The notes: generated by a model from the sequence alone, not told the origin. A stretch of 64,000 bases of DNA from Amoebophrya sp. A120 (GCA_905178155.1 CAJINV010000003.1:8848179-8912178), one strand, 5' to 3'; numbered from the stretch's first letter, positions 1 through 14,195 are shown. Numbers and translations are program-made.

Positions 1-1450
1 AAAATAGAAGCCGCCGGACCGTTGGCGCGAAACAGTGGCGGACGAAGCGCGCGCAGGGCAGCGCGTGCGCGAGAAAAATTTTTGTCGGGTATCCGTGCAA
101 GATAGAAACTGCGCGAGCGCTGGCACGACGAGTCGAAGGATGCAGCGCGCGCAGCGCGCGCCCGAAAAATTTTTTTGTCCGCCACCCGCGCAAGAAAGTA
201 CAAGGTCACTGGCGCGGCGCAACGAAAAATGGCGCGCGCGCAGCGCGCGCGATTTTTTTCTGACCACCCGTGTGAGAATAAAACTGCAAGGGCGCTGGCG
301 CGAAGCAACAAGGGATGGGGCACACGCACCGCGCGCGCGAAAAAAATTTTTGTCGGGCCCCCGTGCAAGAAACTGCAGGGGTGAAGGTGTGGCGCGCACG
401 CAAAAAAATTTTGTGTGGCACCCACGCAGGAAACAAACTGCAAGGCCGCTGACGCGAAGCAGAGAAGGGTGCGGCGTGTGTGCGAAAGATTTCTGTCGGG
501 TACCCGTTCAGGCAACTGCAAGGGCGCTGGCGCGAAGCAGCGAAGGGTGGAGCGCGCGCCGCGCGCGCGAAAGAAATTTTTTTTTGTCGGCCGGCCGCCC
601 ATGCAAGAATGAAAGCGCAAGGGCCTCGGCGCGGCGCAACGCAGTGTGGAACGCGCGCGGCACGCGCGCGACTAAAATTTTTGCCGTGCGCACGTGAAAA
701 AAAGCGCAAAGCCGTCGGCGCGAAACAACGACGAGGAACGGAGCACGTGCTGCGCGCGGGCGGAGGCAATTTTGAAGGTCCGCGAACGAAGGCGCAGGGC
801 CGTCGGTGCGAAGCAACGACGGGCAGAGCGTGAGCGGGTGCGGCGCGCGCGCGAAATAAAAAAAGCCGTTGCGACCGCGACGGTGCAGGAATTTGAAGCG
901 CAGCGCCGTCGGCGCAAAGAAAGAGGGGACGCAGCGCGCGCTGCTCGTGTGCGGAGCAAGGTCTTTGCTCTGCAAGGCCCGGGACTACATGCGAGTAGAA
1001 AAAGCCGGCTCTTGCTGTCGGCCATGCAAACCGCACAGCCGAACCGGCTACAAAGGGACCCACAGGCAGGGGCACGCGCGCAACGCGAAAAGTTCTTTGC
1101 TTTTTTGCTAACCATTGGCGACTGGGTCGCGCGCAAAAGTAGAAGCTGTCGAGTTCTGTTCAGTTTCAAAGACGCAAACACCGAACAAAAGAAATGCCGC
1201 CAGCACCGCGCAGCCGGGAGCCAATCAAGAGGAGAGCTGCTGCGCGCCTGCGCGCGTTTTGTATGTAAGGACGGAGCGAAGCCTGGGCTGATGCTGCAGC
1301 AAGGCTGGCGCCACACGGGCGGGGCAGGCGGGCGAAGGGCAGGACCAAAAAGTCTTCCGCCCCCGGTGCGCAGGCGGGCCGGGGGCTCTTGGTGGCAACG
1401 GTCAGCGCGCACGTAGTTTGGCCCACGCTCATCCCTTCATCTTGCACGGG
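1..1450. repeat. GC-rich degenerate tandem array (~60 bp units), probably the interior of a non-autonomous element; left end lies outside the window
   Basis: Recurrent modules AAAAATTTTTGTCGGG / CCGTGCAAGA / AACTGCAAGGGCGCTGGCGCGAAGCA / GCGCGCGC. The overlapping ORFs in all frames are repeat artefacts. Confidence 0.8.
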
Positions 1451-2193
1451 CGCCAGCGCTCGTCTTGGTCTACTATTTCTTTCTATGCTAATATGAGCAT
1501 GAAGCTCGACGCCAGTTCATAATCTAAATTTTATGGGGGGGAATCTCCTTGAGGGAGAATCTCCTTAGGCCGTCGGTAGAATTTCCTTGAGATTTTTTTT
1601 TTTCCAACATACAACTCTTGAAATTGAAAATAAATCTAGAAAGCGACCGGTGTCATGTGGCCTTGAGGAAAATGGAAACTACACATCTCTCGATCTCACC
1701 CTTCGATAATTATATCGCTCGGCGGGTAGATGGATGGTACTACATGTAGACGCTGTCTAAACCTAAAACGTGACGGCGACGAACCAAATAAACTCAAACT
1801 AACTGCCCCTCCCAGTCTTGCGCTCGGACTCGGTCTGTCTTACTCCCAGCACGAAGACGAAATAAAACTCGCACAAACAACATGAATACTTAATGATTCT
1901 TCTGGACCCACCTCACCCTTTGCATTTGCTTTCGATGTCGCTCCTCGTGCTATAATATTACAGGGCCTCCACCTACCACCATGCAAAAATAGAAGTGTGT
2001 ATTTATTCATCTGTATCATCTTAAGTACGTGAAACGATGAAAGAAGTGGACACAAACGAGCAGGTCGAAAACGAATTGCCAGTAGTTAAAGTATGTCGTC
2101 CAGCAGCATCAGAGACGTTCGCCGCTTTCTAGCGTCGACGAAGATGAGCGACATCAATTTTTAGTTGCTGTTGTCTGTTGTGTGTTGTGTGGT

Positions 2194-5100
2194 CTAGATC
2201 AGTTTAGTTGCTGTTGTCTGTTGTGTGGTCTTCACATGCGCTTGCGCATCACCAGCAGCAGGTGCTCCTTGCTGTCCAGCAGGAAAATTGCCTTGCGTTT
2301 CCTTAAATTTCATTGAGTACGCGAGACTGCCGATCGCACCTAGAAAGTCCGAATGGCGCACGAAAAACGCCCTTTTCCGAAGGTCGCGCATGGTTTTTGA
2401 CATCATTGTCTTCGCTATTTTGTTTTTTTCAAAAAAACCTCCGACAAAGAAGATGTGGCGCACGAGGAGGGACTGCGAGTAGGCCACAGCTAGAACAGCG
2501 ACCTGCTGCGTTACCATCTGGAGTACGGCACGCGCCAAGTCCTTCGGGTCTGGATGCGACGGGCTGAAAGAGTTGTGTCAATTTATTTCAGTTGACTCCA
2601 GCAGCTGCAGCCTCCACCACAAGCTGCGAGCCGATGAAGGATTATCACTTATTAGCAGTAGCATCTTCATACCTCTCGCTCGTCACGTGTCCTCTCTAGT
2701 AACTCCGAATAATGATAAGATACTAGTCACTCCTCGCGGCAAGAATAACGAGCGCCGAATATCACTTTCGACCACCACAATAAATAGATGTACAGTAGTT
2801 GCTACTACAACTAGATCTAGAAAGTAGATTCAAATTGCACGACTGGTGCACAGCAATTAATCATAGTACCTTCCGGCTGTTGTGTCGTAAGGCAGGGATG
2901 TCCCAACCTTTCCGAAGTTGCTCGCTGTAAGCGACTATCGCCTGCAAAAGTGTCGCGCGCATGTCGTACGAAGTATTTTGAACGACCAAACCTAGAGCTA
3001 TACCTTCTATAGACATTGACATGCAGCTTTTTCTGATACGAATACAGTATGGCGAGAACGTAGAAGCACGAGTGAGTTGTAAATGTATTTAGCTTCTCGT
3101 CGCAGCTTCATGCTTGTGCTGTCGTAGCTGCAGATATATACATGTCGTGCTGCAATTGTTTGCTGCAACCGCCACCGCGAGTCTTCTCTCATCATTAATT
3201 TCTGAAAACCTGCGACACTTTAGCAATGCTTAGGGAGGGCGGCAGGCCTAGATGTGCGCTGCCGGATTCGCCGTAGATGTCTGACACGAGGGTATCGATC
3301 CTCTTTGCGTCCCCTTCCGAAGCGAGTGCGAGCGCATCACTGAAGTCGGTTGTGCCACACAGCAGTCGGGTGAGCCCCAGGAAAGTGCCGCCCCCACAGC
3401 CCGTGCCTCCCACGCGTGCAAACGTACTCGGGGTTACGTGCAGAATCGACACACCACTACCGATGTTTACAAGCAGAAAGGCCTCTTCCCACAAAGGGTG
3501 CTGGATTCTCCTCGTCGCAGGAGCCCGCGAACGTTTATCAAGCTTTTTTCTGCGACGTCGGTGGTTGCTTCCACCGCCCTCGTCCTCCAGAGGCCCAGAC
3601 GCTGCAGCTTCATCGGGAAGATCTTCCTCCACGTCGGACATGGAAGCTGTGGAGGCACTCTCACCCTCTTCCTCTGTGTCGTTTCCTACTGCTGGAGAAG
3701 ATGCGTGGTCCGCGATGTCATCGTCTTCGCACGAGTTGTCGTCCTGCACGTCAAGCTCCACCTCTTCATGATCATGGTCCCTAGTTGTATTATGTTGATC
3801 TTCCTCTTCGTCGTCCTGCCGGCGGGTGCTGGAAGTACTGAAGGACGTTTCTTGAAACAAGCGTCGCCGACTTTTCGTACTGGACGCGAGGCGACGGTCG
3901 CGGTCTTCGTCCCACGTTCCACCAATTGCCGCTGCTTGTGCCTCTGAGGCCACATCGGCAAATATTGCGTCGATGCTACTCGAAGAAGACGAAGTCGCCG
4001 CGGCCTTGCGAGGCGGGGCTTTATGATTTTCTCGTCCAGATTTTAACTTTATTCGATTTCGAAGATGACGTGGACGAGAAGGACCTTCTTCTGCTTTAGC
4101 TTTGCCTGCGCTGGTCTCGATGAGACCTCGCTCCTGCATTGGGCACCGTGGCTCTGCATTTTCTGGGGGAGATGATCTCGCTCTCGACGTAGTTGTAGCT
4201 CCGTCTACTAACGTGGTGGTGGTGGAGTAGTTGTTGGTGTGAGCTTGATCTTCATCAACGTCGCCCTCGAATACTTCCATTTCTTCCAAATCGGGGTCGA
4301 ATGGCTCTTCCTGCCCGTCGTCGTTGATGGTGAGGATTTCGTCTTTGAAAATGTGCCGTCGCTCCAAGACGAAGCGCAGGCCTTCCACCACGGATTCCAT
4401 CTCGCGGTGCGCTTCGAACTCAAGGTTCAAGGCCTCCTTGAAAAGGGTTTTGTACTTATGGGCGCCACCGCCGGCCACCGCGATCGTCCGCGGCGCGCTT
4501 TTCTGAAAGGGCGCAAGCGTCTGCAATGCGGTCACCACCTCCTCCAAGGCGTGTGTGGATCCCGACAGAAATCGCATTACATATTTGGCGCAAGGAGGTT
4601 GCACAGGTTCGGCTCCGGGTGCAGGTCTTGCAGCCGCGTCATCTTCTGATGGTGCGCCCGCGACATCATAATTGGGGGCAGGAGCTGTCTTTCGCATTAT
4701 TGCCACATTTGTGCTGGTCGCATCCAAGCGAACATCATTCTGATGCATCTCATTTTTGTCGAGGAGCGACGAAGGGTTGTTGAGTGAAGACGATGGACTG
4801 TGGGTAGAACTTGATGCGTGGAGGTTTAAAACCCGATGTGGCAATGCCTCGACCGGGCCAACCTGAGCAAGATCATGATGGTCTTTGTCCCTGTCGTTCT
4901 TCGCACTTGCATCATCCGTGGCGCTGGTAGACCCAGGGGACGTTCTTCCGTGTTTACGTTGCAACCGTGGAGGAGACACTCCTTTCCCACTAGGACCGTG
5001 CTCTTCTGTGTCTTCGTCGAGATGGTGAGCTGTCGTGGTTGCCGTGGTCGTTGTGGTTGTGTCAGCGCCCGATGCAGACGCCGAGTCTTGCGCTTGCGCG

Positions 5101-8100
5101 TCCTTTCGCAGTGTTGTGTGCAGCAGTACCGCCTCGTCCTCCAGTTGTTCGTTTCGTGGAGGTGCTCCTTCGCGTGGTGCACAATTACTCCCATCCCGCC
5201 CTAATCGGGTTGAGGCAGATGCCCCCCCGTGTGCAGCACTACTTCCGGTCTCGCCTGCGCTGTGATGCAGATGATGTTCCTGACCCTGAGCCTGGTGCTG
5301 CAAGTGCTGCAAGTTGAAGCTGCGCCGCCTGAGTTGCGAGGGTATTTTTGAGTGCCGCTGCAGATACACACTTCCAGCAGCCAGGCGCGGCTGTGGCAAA
5401 GGTGGCGCAAGCTGTTGCATGCTCAGACTGGCGACTTGGTTGACTTTCACGCTCGACGAGTGAGAATTGGACGAGGGCAACGTGAGCCTATAGAGGGGAA
5501 GTGAGTGACTTTCCGCTGACTGCCGCTGGCCCTGAGAAATAAAAGCGCAGACTGCCATGCCAACGAACAATTTGTTATCTGTATTTCGTATCATTCATGC
5601 GAAAAAAACAAGAATACTCATGTGTCCCGGTCCCGGAGTGATATATGAATGTATAAATATTGAAGTGGATTTTGATTTTGGTGCGGCTGCGCCTGCGGCT
5701 GCCTCTTTTGCATAACACACAGAGTTTTTGCTTGGGTTCGCCAGCAGTCACGAATATCCATGACTTCTCCTCCATAGAGCATGCTTGGCTCAGGAAGCGA
5801 CCGCGCAGACGTGGGAAGCATATGCACGCGCCAGGCTTTATCAAAATTGAAGATGTTGAACTACAATCTGTCATATAAAAACAAAGCACAAAGTGCCTGC
5901 ATTGGAGAGAAGACCGCTCATGAGGCTGACTGTAGGCCTAATTAGGGCAGTGACGCGGTGGCTAAAGGGCATTCGACGCCATGTGCCTTTTCTTTAGTGA
6001 ACCAAATTGCATACGAAACCTCCCAATAAAAGTTGTCATGCGCCTCTTAGAACTGGGGGATCGACCTGGTTGTACGTAGTGACTTCAATAAATATCCATC
6101 CTCGACAATTTGAAAAATGAAAATCACTTCAGCTGCATTGATTTCAAGCCTGACACTCACTACCATAAAGCGGTGGCGACGCATTCGCATGAAGGCTGCC
6201 TGCGTTGAGCGCTGTCGACGTGCTGTGCGTATGCTGTGATTGTTTTGCAATTCCGGTTGGCTTCCTTTCCTGTCCCATGACCGTGCTTCCGCCGAGGGCG
6301 CTTGTGATCATTCCTGGCACTTCAGGACTACTAGGATGGTTAATATGCGTGCTAGGCTCGACCAGGAGCAATTGCTTTCGCAAAGGGGAAGGAAACACTG
6401 TAGATGATGTGCCGCTGCTGGCAACATCTTCTGCACCTCCGGCGCTCCTCTGCCGTTGCAACACTTGGAGCCGTTCCTCCTGTAAAACGTCCTCACGCTC
6501 CTGCTCGTCCTCCTCTTCGTCGACTAGCGAGTCGCTCGAAGACGTCATTTCAGGGTCCAGGCCGTCGAGATCCTCCAATCCCAGTTCGACGTCCAGACTG
6601 TGGTGCACTTTTCCGGTCCGGCCAATCAAGCTATCCTGTGCAAAAACTGTCTTCGCAGTCGTGTTTTTGAAAGAGAGAAAGCAATGTAGTTCAACTCATC
6701 TGCAACTACACTGTGGTGCTTCATGCAAGAAAGGTAATAAAGAGCCACCTTCTCTTTATTTTTCCGTACATACTGTAATTCATGCACAAGTGCGATGCTT
6801 TTGCAGAGCATAAACGCTCGGAAACAACAATCGTCCCGCAGCTTCACCAGGCATCAGGAGTACCTGTGTTCATAATTCAAATTTGCAGCTACTCAGTTAT
6901 GAGACGATTAGAAAGACGCTTGTCTTGATTGCGACATATAAATGTTTAGAACTAGAGGTGGTGGTGCGTGCTGGACCACGACGTAATATCCTTATTGACA
7001 GCATGCAGCATAGCGAACTTTTTATTCTTAAGCGCCACGACTATTGTTGAGGCTACTGCTCGACGACGCCTCTAAGACTTCCGCTTCCCCATAGAAGTGT
7101 TGTCATGTGGTGTATAAACACAGATACTTAGCTGTCAATACAACGACGCACAAAATTCACAGTGCGACGTACTAAGAAAACGAAAAGTATACATTTCATA
7201 GATACATAATTTTAGGTCTTTTTTACTGCTACCAGCTTTGCCAGCGTGCCTCCGATGTCCACTCCCATTTGTCCCTGTACGTTCCGCAGGTTTTGCAAGA
7301 CCGCAACGGGCACCGCATGATCATCTGCTAGTAGGGACGAGGACTCTCGGCTTCGACTACGGCGCTCGAACGCCGAAAGTCTCTTCCGATCACTGGCAGA
7401 CAGTTCATGACTGGAACTTCGGCTTGTCTGAAAAACCTCGCCGCGTGAAGACCGCCCGCGATCCCACGCGTGCAACAGACTCAAAAGTAGCTCCCGACTA
7501 GGTAGCGTCGGCGCTTGTTCATGTGGGTCGTCTAAAGTCCTCGTCGCATCCATCATGCCAGAGGGTGAACCTTTTTCTCCACCAAGCGGAGTAGCGACAT
7601 TCTGTGATGACGATGATGGAATTTGGCCTGGGACCGCCGCTGTTGATGTAGATGTACTTCTACTCTCTATATCAGATGCATTTGATGCAATCCTTGCGTC
7701 TCTGTGAAGTTGCGATGCTGACGTTGCCGCAGTTAAGCTTGCGCTGCCTTTGTCGAGCACCACTCCTGCGCCCTGGTGTTTCATCTCATATTGCACTTCT
7801 GCTTCCAGTCCTTCACCCAGTTCCGGTCGTTTCGACTGCCTGTGCTGCTCCTGGTCCAGGCAAGTAGAACTTGCTTCTTTATCTTGGTATCGTTCCCAAT
7901 CCCCTGCTGTCGCAGGGCTTGTGCCAAGTGCGACATTGTCTGAGGAGACGCCCGAGTTTTGGCTTGTTGCGCGCCACAGTCGCTCACTCTCGCCACTAAC
8001 TTCAGAAGTAAACGGCTCGGCAGAATTCGTTCCAATATCGAGCAGCGGAGGCGAAGTGTTAGGTGGACTAAGTTGCGCTTGCAGCGGTAGGGGGTTTTCT

Positions 8101-8441
8101 GGTGACGGTGAGTTTTTTTTCTGTAATGATTTCCTGACTCTCTTCGCTGAAGACGAGAACGCGTCACCCTCTTCACCTGCCGCGCCGCCAGGTGCGGCAG
8201 CGCGTCCGCCTCCGCTCGCCGAAATAAAAGAAGAATCGTCCATGAGACCGCGGGCCTTGGCCAGCTCAAGCAGGCTACTGGTATCCCACTGTGAATAGGA
8301 CCGCATCTTTGGATGGTCCGCTTGCGTAACAACTGCGGAACTAGAAGAGAAACCGCGACCACCTGCCTTGACGCCGAGTGACGGACTTGGACTTCTCCGC
8401 TGAGTCGCGGAGGAGTCGCGCCTTCTGGAGAGCGCTGGCAA
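2194..8441 (-). CDS. PANK: Type II (eukaryotic/Fumble) pantothenate kinase, multi-exon, with very long low-complexity insertions
   Basis: Family motifs occur in order: GVDIGGTLAKL|VLLMP (GT-AG join ~7233/6863), AVAGGGAHKY...EMESVVEGLRF, FLLVNIGSGVSIL, RVGGTGCGGGTFLGL, DTLVSDIYG, LTASNFGK (~2870-2933), DLARAVLQMV...IFFVGGF...FFVRHSDFLGAIG. The start codon is uncertain. Confidence 0.93.
2944..3224. mobile_element. Introner-like element (family A) in a PanK intron
   Basis: TIR GCAAAAGTGTCGC / GCGACACTTTAGC, located between the LGLPPS and LTASNFGK exons. Confidence 0.7.
6640..6804. mobile_element. Introner-like element (family A-like, degenerate left end) in a PanK intron
   Basis: Left end GCAAAAACTGTC, right end GCGATGCTTTTGC. 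Removing 6638-6805 joins ...SVYA-Q-DSLIGRTGK in frame. Confidence 0.55.
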
Positions 8442-11400
8442 CGGAGTCAGGCTATTGGTGTTCCTCCGACGAGGATCTTATGCATTGCAAAACGAAAACG
8501 CTCGCACTAGTAGCAATGGTCGAAAGAAAAAATGGAATTTGAAATGTATGATATGAGACCAGACCTGTTTGTAATACAAAAAATGATGTGCTGCAAATGC
8601 AACTAGTACGAGCACGAAACAACTCTTGCAGAGAATAGATCCACTACCTCTAGCTCTTCTCTGCCGCTGCCGCCCGTACTTCTGTTGGGCCCTCGGTCAC
8701 CGAAATAGAGCGCCCTCATACTGCCTGTTTCCGAATTCTGGTGTCCAACCTGATACGCTGCAGAAGGAGTCCCATAGTTGCCGACCTCCTCACCATCGTG
8801 TCGAACAAGATCGTCTGGTTGCGAAAGAGTCGGAGACTTTCCGCTGTGTGCCTGCCCCATGCTCGTTGACCAGGTAAGGAAAAGCGCAAGGAGCAAGAAC
8901 TGCGGCGAATTGCTTGCTACAGAGTATCAAATATCAAAATGCTCCTGCTGCCCAGTATCAAATACATCGATGAAATCTTTGAAGTAGATATGGCGAAACT
9001 ACTCGCGGCGGCTGTGGCTGCGCTACTCCGATTTTTTCCCAAGCGAGGAACTGTGGAAACCTTCCTTTGTTTTCCTACTTCGTCAAACGCTGGCGATCAT
9101 TCATATGCTTCTTCAAACAAGAAGCAGCGCAGATGCAGGGCAACATCAGGACCAGTTCGTGGTCGTGTGCTTGTTCTTCATTGTGTACTTTTATCTCCGC
9201 ACAACTTCCCGTCCGACGCCGTTCTACTTACTACTCCTTCAATAATCGTTGGTCTGCGTCTGCTTTAAGATTCTAGAAGTCTATTTGAAATACTGGTAGA
9301 AAGTAAACAAAAACATAATTGCTCAGTCAGCTGCAGGAGTTGTCAGACCAAAAAAACTGCTCTTGATTTTGCTGCTCTGATCCGTCGCGTGTGCCATGTT
9401 TGCGCTTCAGCACTCACAACCAGTCCCACCCAATCCCCAACGCCTCCAAGCGGGCAAGATCATAAAAATGAACTAAAAGATGCATCATCTCGCGGCAGGG
9501 TGCTGCGACGAGTAAAAGTAGACTCGGGCTGATCTCCGAAACAATCATGATCTTCATCAATCTTCAACTGGGTCTGGGGGCTCCAATCTCATTTCTCAGG
9601 ATCGCGGTAGAGTAAAAGGAGACAAAAAAGAAAGGAGCAGGAGATATGGATATAGAAAAAAAAAGAAGACGGGCGTAGCGGCAGTGGGAGTCGTTCAAAA
9701 CCAGAAGGGTGATTGATGGATGCGACCATTGACCTTCAGTAGTTCGCGAAAACTCGAAAGGAAAACGAAATCGTGCCAGGTTCTTCTATGTTGAAATCAG
9801 CCGTGCCGGCAGGCTCGCTTCTTTCTTATTCTACAACTAAGACTGCAAGCTGCAGCGAATAACTGTTATGCGTGCCGAGGAAGTTGGTTCCTGAGAGTGA
9901 GAAAAATAAAGCGAGAAACTTTCTTAGCAATGGCATCCGGAAACACATACATATTTCTTAGCTATAGCATCCGGAAACACACATAGATCGATGCCAGCAC
10001 CTCCGCTCTTGGTCGGGGCCGAATGAAGAAATTCCAACTCATGATGAACATGATACCAAGGACATGGTAGACTTGCTTGCAATTCGCTAGAAATGCAGAC
10101 TGCTAGTACTGCACTGGGCTCAAGTGGCACGCACTACCAATTCTCAATCATGCGATCGAGAGGTTCTCTTGCAGCTAACTAAGTAAGAAAAAAAATGAAA
10201 ATGACCTAAAAGAACCTAAAAGAGTAAATCTTAATTCCTTATTGAAAAAAGGGCCTAGGGCGTGTCCGCAATAACAGAGAGGGCGCCTGTGTTTGAATGC
10301 GATGAGGTATGACCATTGACAAGGTCCAATGTCAGTACACGACAGCACCCAGCCTTGTATCGTACAGGAAATGATGCGAGCTATTTTTCTTGGGTCTGGA
10401 CTAATTGTCAATAATGTCAAGAAATGCATTTATGTTTCTCCCTTGTTGTGCCAAGGAACATACCAGGCTGCGCGTGCTCTTTTCTTCATGTGCATACAAA
10501 CTATTTCGCACCTTGGCACTCCACCCGACATTATGAGGACACACGACCAGTGACATGGAAAATGCGAGTGAGTAGATATCAATGATGCTCTACTACTACA
10601 GCAGCTGCAGCACAGCGCTTCGGTACAAATAAACGATGCTGTTGATGTAGATTGAAATTGATTAAGCCTCTGAATCTCATTAAGTTTCTTCTGCGAACAC
10701 GTGGGATCTGGTAGGCCGTCATCTTCATCGATCCGTCATCAACATCACCGAGGTTAACATTTTGATCGTGTTCGGTGAGCGCCTCCTGAAAGCGATCGCA
10801 ATTGTTCCTGAAGGGTATCAGGAATGTCCAAGCAGGTCCTATCTTTTTGTAGTACGGAGTTAGTACAACATACTAAATCAAGACGCCAAGAAGAACGAGG
10901 CGAACGAGCCAGACCAAGAAAAGGAGCCGATTCTTGGACACACAAACAGAACGCACAATCAGGTGGAGACTGCTGGGATACAAGTTGGCATAGCACTACA
11001 GATATGATCAACACAATTGCAAACCCGTACCACGTATGAAGAGTCCGGCTTTGCCATTTCGACGGATTTACTCCCATAAAAGCAACAACATCGCTTCCGC
11101 ATGCGAAAGTGAAGAGCGCGACGGTCAGGAAAGTTGAAGTCGAGTTGAAAAGTCTGACAGATTTGGGGGAATGCACTCAAGTGCGCATAGGTATCATAAT
11201 TCATAGAGGAAACCTGTAGTGACTTTCTTCGTTTTCTTTTTTTTTTTTTGATCTCCTCGGCAGTTTGACCCAGACTCTTCGTCATCTTCTTGCCCTTCTG
11301 CTATCTCGTTTTGATTTTGATATTGCTATAGCGCTTCACCTACACGCTAAAGAAGCACAGTTACTCCCTGTAGTACGGGATTGGGATTCGGATTGCTAGT

Positions 11401-14195
11401 CCAACGCTGGAGCAAAATAAAATATATCCGAGGCGAAATATTCCCACGACGAAAGGAAAAGAGCAAGCGCCAAGAAAGCTCTATCAAGTGAACATATATC
11501 TTCAGTAGCCCTTCTTTATGTTTTCTCTTGAGCATAACTACCGTCAGAGTAGGTGCATTTATTTTTTCGCTGCGTACAAAGTCTTTCTCTTTTATAGAAG
11601 AGGACGATGCTTGCACTATTTAGAATCTGACACGTAGGAACAATTTGAGTCATTGCTTTTCATCTCTTCGCTTTTTTTTTCCCATGTTGTATCAATAAAT
11701 ATGCTAACTTGCACAAGACGCATCGCAAACACCCTTGCCGCCAGTTTTCGGGCTCAGGCTTCGCAACATCGACGCTTCGAAAAGAAGTTCCCTCTCCCTG
11801 ACTATCAGTCGTTATCTATAAAACTGAATTTGCTCATAGGTAAAATTTCGCTATCTTTGCTTTATTGTTGCGCAAAAGCTCACCTGCGTCACCTTGTTGC
11901 GATTTATGAGACTGATTATAGCCGATGCGCCCATATCTTTCCATACTAATATAGATTCCAAATCCACGAGGAACGGCGAAACGCTTCAGGTCAACATAGT
12001 GGCGCGGCACTGCGAGGTGTTAATTACCTCAACAGACGCTGGCTTTCCCTGAAGCTAGCGAGCGAAAAACTCGTGGAGGGTTATTTTGCCTCAAACATCG
12101 TACCCTGACCTACCACCAGGTTGTGGTAGCTTGTGCAAGCATATCAAAAAAAATTGAAAAAATTTGCACTACGAGGTAGAAGCAGACGTTACAGTTGGTG
12201 ACATAACAGAAATAGAGGCCTAGGCAAGACACGAGCAGTAACTATGACCATGAGCGGAGCATGGATGCTGCTAGAGGGAGCTGCTTTTAACAAAAGAAAA
12301 CGCAATGTCATACTATTCAGAAAAAATCTGCCACCGTCGAAGTTTCCCTGAAAATATACGATCATCTTTCTTCTTGTAAATCTTTCGTGTCTTCAGTCGA
12401 AATTAGAGGACTCGAAACAGGGCCAGCATATCTTCCGCTTCTTCTTGAAACAAACGCAAACACTGAGACCTCCTGGCCAATACTCTAAAAAACTACTGAC
12501 AAAGGAGCTCGTGGATTGTAAACTGAAACGGGTATCTTCTCCTTTTCGTTCTCGACGACATAAACATAATCAATACAAAAGAGCGAAACAGTTTTGTGTC
12601 TTTAGGTTTAGCTTTAGGCCGATCACTAATTGATAGGCGCTTGCTGATCTTCATGTTGATCTATTATCTTTATCGTGACCATCAAATAAGCATCCTTAAT
12701 TTTCGACTTCGATTTCCCTAGCAATAGCGCGATGATAATCAAATCTGAGCAATACGTCGCGCCCCATCCTGTTTTTCTTTGTTTTTACAACTCGTCGGAG
12801 GACTTCTATCAGTATATTCAAATTTACAAATAGATTAGGAATCGCTAGAAATACACCAGTAACGCTGACCCACGACCTTCTGAACGAATTATGAAAAGCC
12901 TTGGATTACTTCGAGCAGTCGATCAAAATTTCCATCAGACGGGCCTCCAGGCGCATCTAGATCAAGACCATCGAAGGCGTTGGGCTCCTCGTAAGTTTCT
13001 TCTCGAGATCCAACGTTTCTCCTTTTCGGCGGTGGCCCCATGCTGTTCCCGTCGCTCAGACGCCCCCCGCCCGCCTTCCCGTGTTGCTGTTGATACCTTT
13101 GGTTTATAATTCATGTTCATCTACATTTTCACCTTCTTCGCCTGATCTGCTTATGCTTTCGAAGATATCTACAAAGCGAGCGACAAAGTGAGACCGTAGC
13201 TGTTTTACGCCACGACAACCATTGGTTTGTTTTCTAAATTGACAGAAGCAGCTGCACTCAGGTTTCACAATGGGCGCTGAAGTTAATGTTGAAGCTGTAA
13301 AACGTTTCTCGGGCTTAAGAATCACTTAAATGTTTTTCCTCTGTTGTTCTCGTGTTGAGGACGGGCCGTGATGTTTTCCAACACATCATATGCAGATCGC
13401 TTGAATAGCCAAAGCAAAAATCATAGATGAATTCAGTTGAGTTGTAGAAAAATCGACTTATAATAGTAGTACGACGGATTTCCAGTGTTGAAGAGGTTTT
13501 GATCGCCGGTGCTATTCGACTGCGCGCCTGTGCTCCGTCGTTGCATATGAAAAGAAAGAACTCTAAGTCTAACCTTTAGTGCGCACAGTTGTGAGTGTGA
13601 CGTGGAAGAGCGAGAGCCCATAGTCCCGCATACGCAGATTAACGAAGTAGAGGCTTCTGACTCATCTAAGAACTAGTACCTGTGCCAAAGAAGCCTGCGC
13701 AAGGAGAGAGCACCTCACTAAAGTGCTGCGAGATGCTGCTTTAGTGAAGTTTTATTCGTACGGCTCTCCCCAGGAGGAAGAGAATCAGAAAAGAAAAAAA
13801 AGAAGCTCCCTGGTGGTCAAAGTCTCATCTCTTCTGATACATATTGTGCTCAAATGCAGAAACTAGAACTACATCAAGGATTCTTTATTTATTATGTCGC
13901 AAATGCGCGAAAAGAGAAACATTCACTCTACTAGGACCGCGAAGAGGAAGAGGTAGAAGGCAGTCGCAAGATGCAGATGTTGCAAAAATGAAAATGCATA
14001 GCGGACTACAGCAGGCCAATAAAGAACGTGCGCTGTAGAAAAATTTGAATTGCACGCTGCTGCCTTTACATCAGTTTAGGCTGATTGAGGCTGACACAAA
14101 TGCAAAAAATCATAGAATCGGAATAACGTTTTTAACTGCACATCGGCATCAGAAGCATCTACTGGTCGTGTCGCCTTCTGTGTGAGAGCTAGAGC

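Noticed and set aside
35-1447. Multiple overlapping Arg/Ala-rich ORFs (also at 28754-30293, 50787-52079 and 61976-63939)
   Set aside because: They are stop-poor by-products of GC-rich repeats and show no domain motifs or transposase signature.
2159-2231. Short local duplications (also ~9933-9985, ~33290-33340, ~18622-18680, ~25772-25835)
   Set aside because: These are ordinary slippage-type tandem duplications with no further structure.
10750-13330. Probable fragmented exons of another minus-strand gene (for example EEPNAFDGLDLDAPGG...; ICQTFQLDFNFPD)
   Set aside because: I could not assemble a consistent model or recognise a family, so it is not reported as a feature.
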